From Candidatus Latescibacterota bacterium (GTDB lineage Bacteria > Latescibacterota > UBA2968 > UBA8231), in assembly GCA_965203355.1 (NCBI GenBank), contig OZ241889.1:2816001-2880000 (forward strand): DNA of 64,000 nucleotides, written 5' to 3'. The notes below the pieces were generated by a model. That model ran no database searches. It was not told where the DNA came from and saw only the letters and a program-made list of their open reading frames with translations. The translations under genes and the position numbers were made by a program. Below are positions 61,872-64,000 of this stretch, piece by piece (the stretch's first letter is position 1; every line of letters begins with the position of its first letter).

Positions 61872-63449
61872 TCACGTCCGTTCCACCGCCAAAGCGGCCA
61901 CCTTGCGCGTCTGCCGACTAAACTCCACCCCAATCAGGTACATCGCTTCGCCGCGCCCGCGATACTTGGCCGCGTAGTCCCGCTCTTGCAACTGGCGCAG
62001 TGCCGCCCCCGACGCTGTCCGCTCCACCACCTTGAACTCAAACAGATACACGTTCCCATTGAACTCCACCGCCATGTCCAAACGACCTGCCTGGCTGCTG
62101 TCCTCCACCGTAATCGCCAGCCCTAGTGACGCGAAGTACGAGTAAAACACGCTGGCGTAATAGCCCTCGTAATCGGCAATTTTATTATTCGTGTGCCATT
62201 GATACGGGATGCTGGCAAAAAACGCCGCCAACAGCGTCTCCAAGCCATCAAAGTCGTTGACCAGTAACAGATCGTATAACCGGGCACTGTGCTCGGCGCG
62301 GCGCACAGGGTTGCCGGTCAGACGATTCAGCAGGCTCTTGTTTAGACTTTGCCGCACCTCCCGATTCGGATAGCCCAACCGGTAGTATATCTCCCCGCCG
62401 CGCGGCTCGGTGCGGCGAATGGTCAGGTAGCCAGTCTGGAATAGCAGTGCCTCGGTCGCAATGTGATCCACGTCAAACGCCGACAGCAACTCCTCACTGC
62501 CGAGCAGGTCGTCCAAGCCGAGGGCACTGATCTCCCGCTCCAACAACGTATCAAGCAGAAACGTCGGGGTACCCGTCTCAAACCAGTAGGCGGCAAAGGT
62601 GCGATGGCGAAACAGCAACAGGACATCAAACGGATTGTACACCTGTTCTGCGCCTAGCCAGTTGTAGCCGTTGTACCATGTGCGTATTTCATTTTGGTCC
62701 AACCCAATAAGCTCTGGGGCAAACACCGCGTCCAAGTCCGCCTCGGTATAGCCGCAAATGGCCGAGTAATGCGGATCTAGCGTGATGTCGATAAGATTGT
62801 TGAGGCCAGAGAACAAACTGACTTTGGAAAACTTGCTTACGCCGGTGAGGAAGGTGAACGCGATGTGCGCGTCGCCAAACTTGATCGTCGAGTACAGCCC
62901 GTGCAGGTAGTCGCGGTGGGCGCGGGCTACTTCCGGCACCTCCAGTGCGTCGAGAATCGGCTTATCGTACTCGTCAACCAGAACCACTACTCGCTGGCCA
63001 CTGCGCTCGTGCAACGCTTCAATGAGTTGGCTGAAGCGCACCGATGCGCCAGCGTAGTCCGAACTAACTCCCAACCGCTTTTCCAGGGCGTCCAGTTGCG
63101 CCGCCACATCCTCTTGTAGTTGGCTCGGCTCTTTGAAGTTGCCCCGGCTAAAGTCGAGCCGCAGCACTGGATGACGCACCGACCAGTCCCACCGATCGTG
63201 GATGGCCAATCCCTGAAACAGCGGCTCGTTGCCCTCAAACAACTCCTTGATCGTGTCGAGAAACAGGCTCTTGCCAAACCGGCGAGGCCGCGACAGGAAG
63301 TAATGGGTGCCTTCGTCCACCAACCGAGCTAGATAGGCGGTCTTATCGACGTAGTAGCAGTGGCCCTCGCGGATCTTGCGAAAGGTCTGAATGCCGATGG
63401 GCAGTTTGCGCTTAACTGGTTGGCCATCTTCAGGTTTCATCTGTATCAT
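61872..63449 (-). CDS. AAA-ATPase-like + PD-(D/E)XK nuclease protein
   Basis: LPIGIQTF, YVDKT, SRPRRFGKS, DEYDKP, GRLDM..FEFK. Confidence 0.9.
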   Translation of the reverse strand: MIQMKPEDGQPVKRKLPIGIQTFRKIREGHCYYVDKTAYLARLVDEGTHYFLSRPRRFGKSLFLDTIKELFEGNEPLFQGLAIHDRWDWSVRHPVLRLDFSRGNFKEPSQLQEDVAAQLDALEKRLGVSSDYAGASVRFSQLIEALHERSGQRVVVLVDEYDKPILDALEVPEVARAHRDYLHGLYSTIKFGDAHIAFTFLTGVSKFSKVSLFSGLNNLIDITLDPHYSAICGYTEADLDAVFAPELIGLDQNEIRTWYNGYNWLGAEQVYNPFDVLLLFRHRTFAAYWFETGTPTFLLDTLLEREISALGLDDLLGSEELLSAFDVDHIATEALLFQTGYLTIRRTEPRGGEIYYRLGYPNREVRQSLNKSLLNRLTGNPVRRAEHSARLYDLLLVNDFDGLETLLAAFFASIPYQWHTNNKIADYEGYYASVFYSYFASLGLAITVEDSSQAGRLDMAVEFNGNVYLFEFKVVERTASGAALRQLQERDYAAKYRGRGEAMYLIGVEFSRQTRKVAALAVERT

Positions 63450-63625
63450 GGGGATTGCTCCACAGCCCGGCCAACTGGATAAGGGCCGTCAACGTTGGCC
63501 TGAGTTGGGTAAGATAAGCCCGCGAGATGGGCTGTCAAAAAGCGGAGTAGTGTATCTTACCCTTCAACTTTCGCGCCGCCTGCGGCACACCACATACGCG
63601 AAGTTGCAGGGTATGAGGATCTCAT

Positions 63626-63660
63626 AAAAACCCCGGACGCCGCGAAAGCCGCCCGGGGGT
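63626..63660 (-). terminator. Putative intrinsic terminator
   Basis: Minus strand CCCCGGGCG..CGTCCGGGG followed by TTTTT. Confidence 0.55.
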
Positions 63661-63827
63661 ATCAGTTGCTGCCGATTTTACGCTGGAAACAAGGTGGTTT
63701 GCAGCGAATTTGATGACGACCGTAAGGGTTTTTTGCGTTTGAGACCGCGCACCGGCACTACTTCCAGAGGCAGCACCAACACTACCCCCACTGATAGCGA
63801 GCCACTGCGTAACATCAGATAATAAGA

Positions 63828-63998
63828 TTAATCCTTCGCGATTTTGAGAAGACGCACACCAATGGTATAGCTGCGGGAATCGGGCGAGCGGAGGTGACGA
63901 TATGCCGACCGTACCCCGTCGATATGGCCGAAGTGGCCACCCCGGATGACGCGATTCAGGCCGGATGTAGGTCCCTGCGGGTCATTACGAACCGACCT
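63828..63998 (-). CDS. C-terminus of a formylglycine-generating-enzyme (FGE-sulfatase) domain protein; 5' part outside window
   Basis: DPQGPTSGLNRVIRGGHF..RSAYR..PDSRSYTIGVRL; not in the ORF track. Confidence 0.75.
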   Translation of the reverse strand, partial: RSVRNDPQGPTSGLNRVIRGGHFGHIDGVRSAYRHLRSPDSRSYTIGVRLLKIAKD

Positions 63999-64000
63999 AC

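Noticed and set aside
63678-63815. 45-aa minus-strand ORF MLRSGSLSVG...
   Set aside because: No RBS or recognisable motif
63870-64000. Hairpins suggesting a structured ncRNA
   Set aside because: Explained by the minus-strand FGE-domain coding frame

Overview
GC-rich bacterial chromosome segment, probably from an FCB-group/Latescibacterota-like lineage (inference from gene content). It is mostly housekeeping: purB, pyrH, mreBC, four tRNAs, thrC plus a metB-like gene, two prs, apt, rsgA, hprK, mutL, leuS, asnS, the rimP-nusA-infB-rbfA-truB-rpsO-pnp operon, der, miaA, rqcH, valS and murQ. Accessory genes are mcrBC, vapBC, a TPAT/TRAP transporter and an AAA-PD-(D/E)XK gene. The window appears to span the replication terminus: gene orientation converges and hand-sampled GC skew flips at about 34 kb. 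At that point there is a perfectly symmetric dif-like site (13-6-13 bp, 34048-34079) about 195 bp upstream of an intact lone tyrosine recombinase gene. Six further asymmetric XerC/XerD-like 28-bp sites (GTYYYATAA-N6-WTATGTHAA) surround it, three per side, all pointing to the centre. This nested polar array is the best candidate for an undescribed system. Other leads: a DUF1802-like domain fused to McrB, an ECF-promoter sRNA with a C-rich seed, an AUU-initiated rimP, a degenerate Prs pair, an orphan aldolase with a BMC encapsulation peptide, and small ORFs missed by the ORF track (bS22-like, DUF5989). All calls come from reading the sequence; no searches were run.
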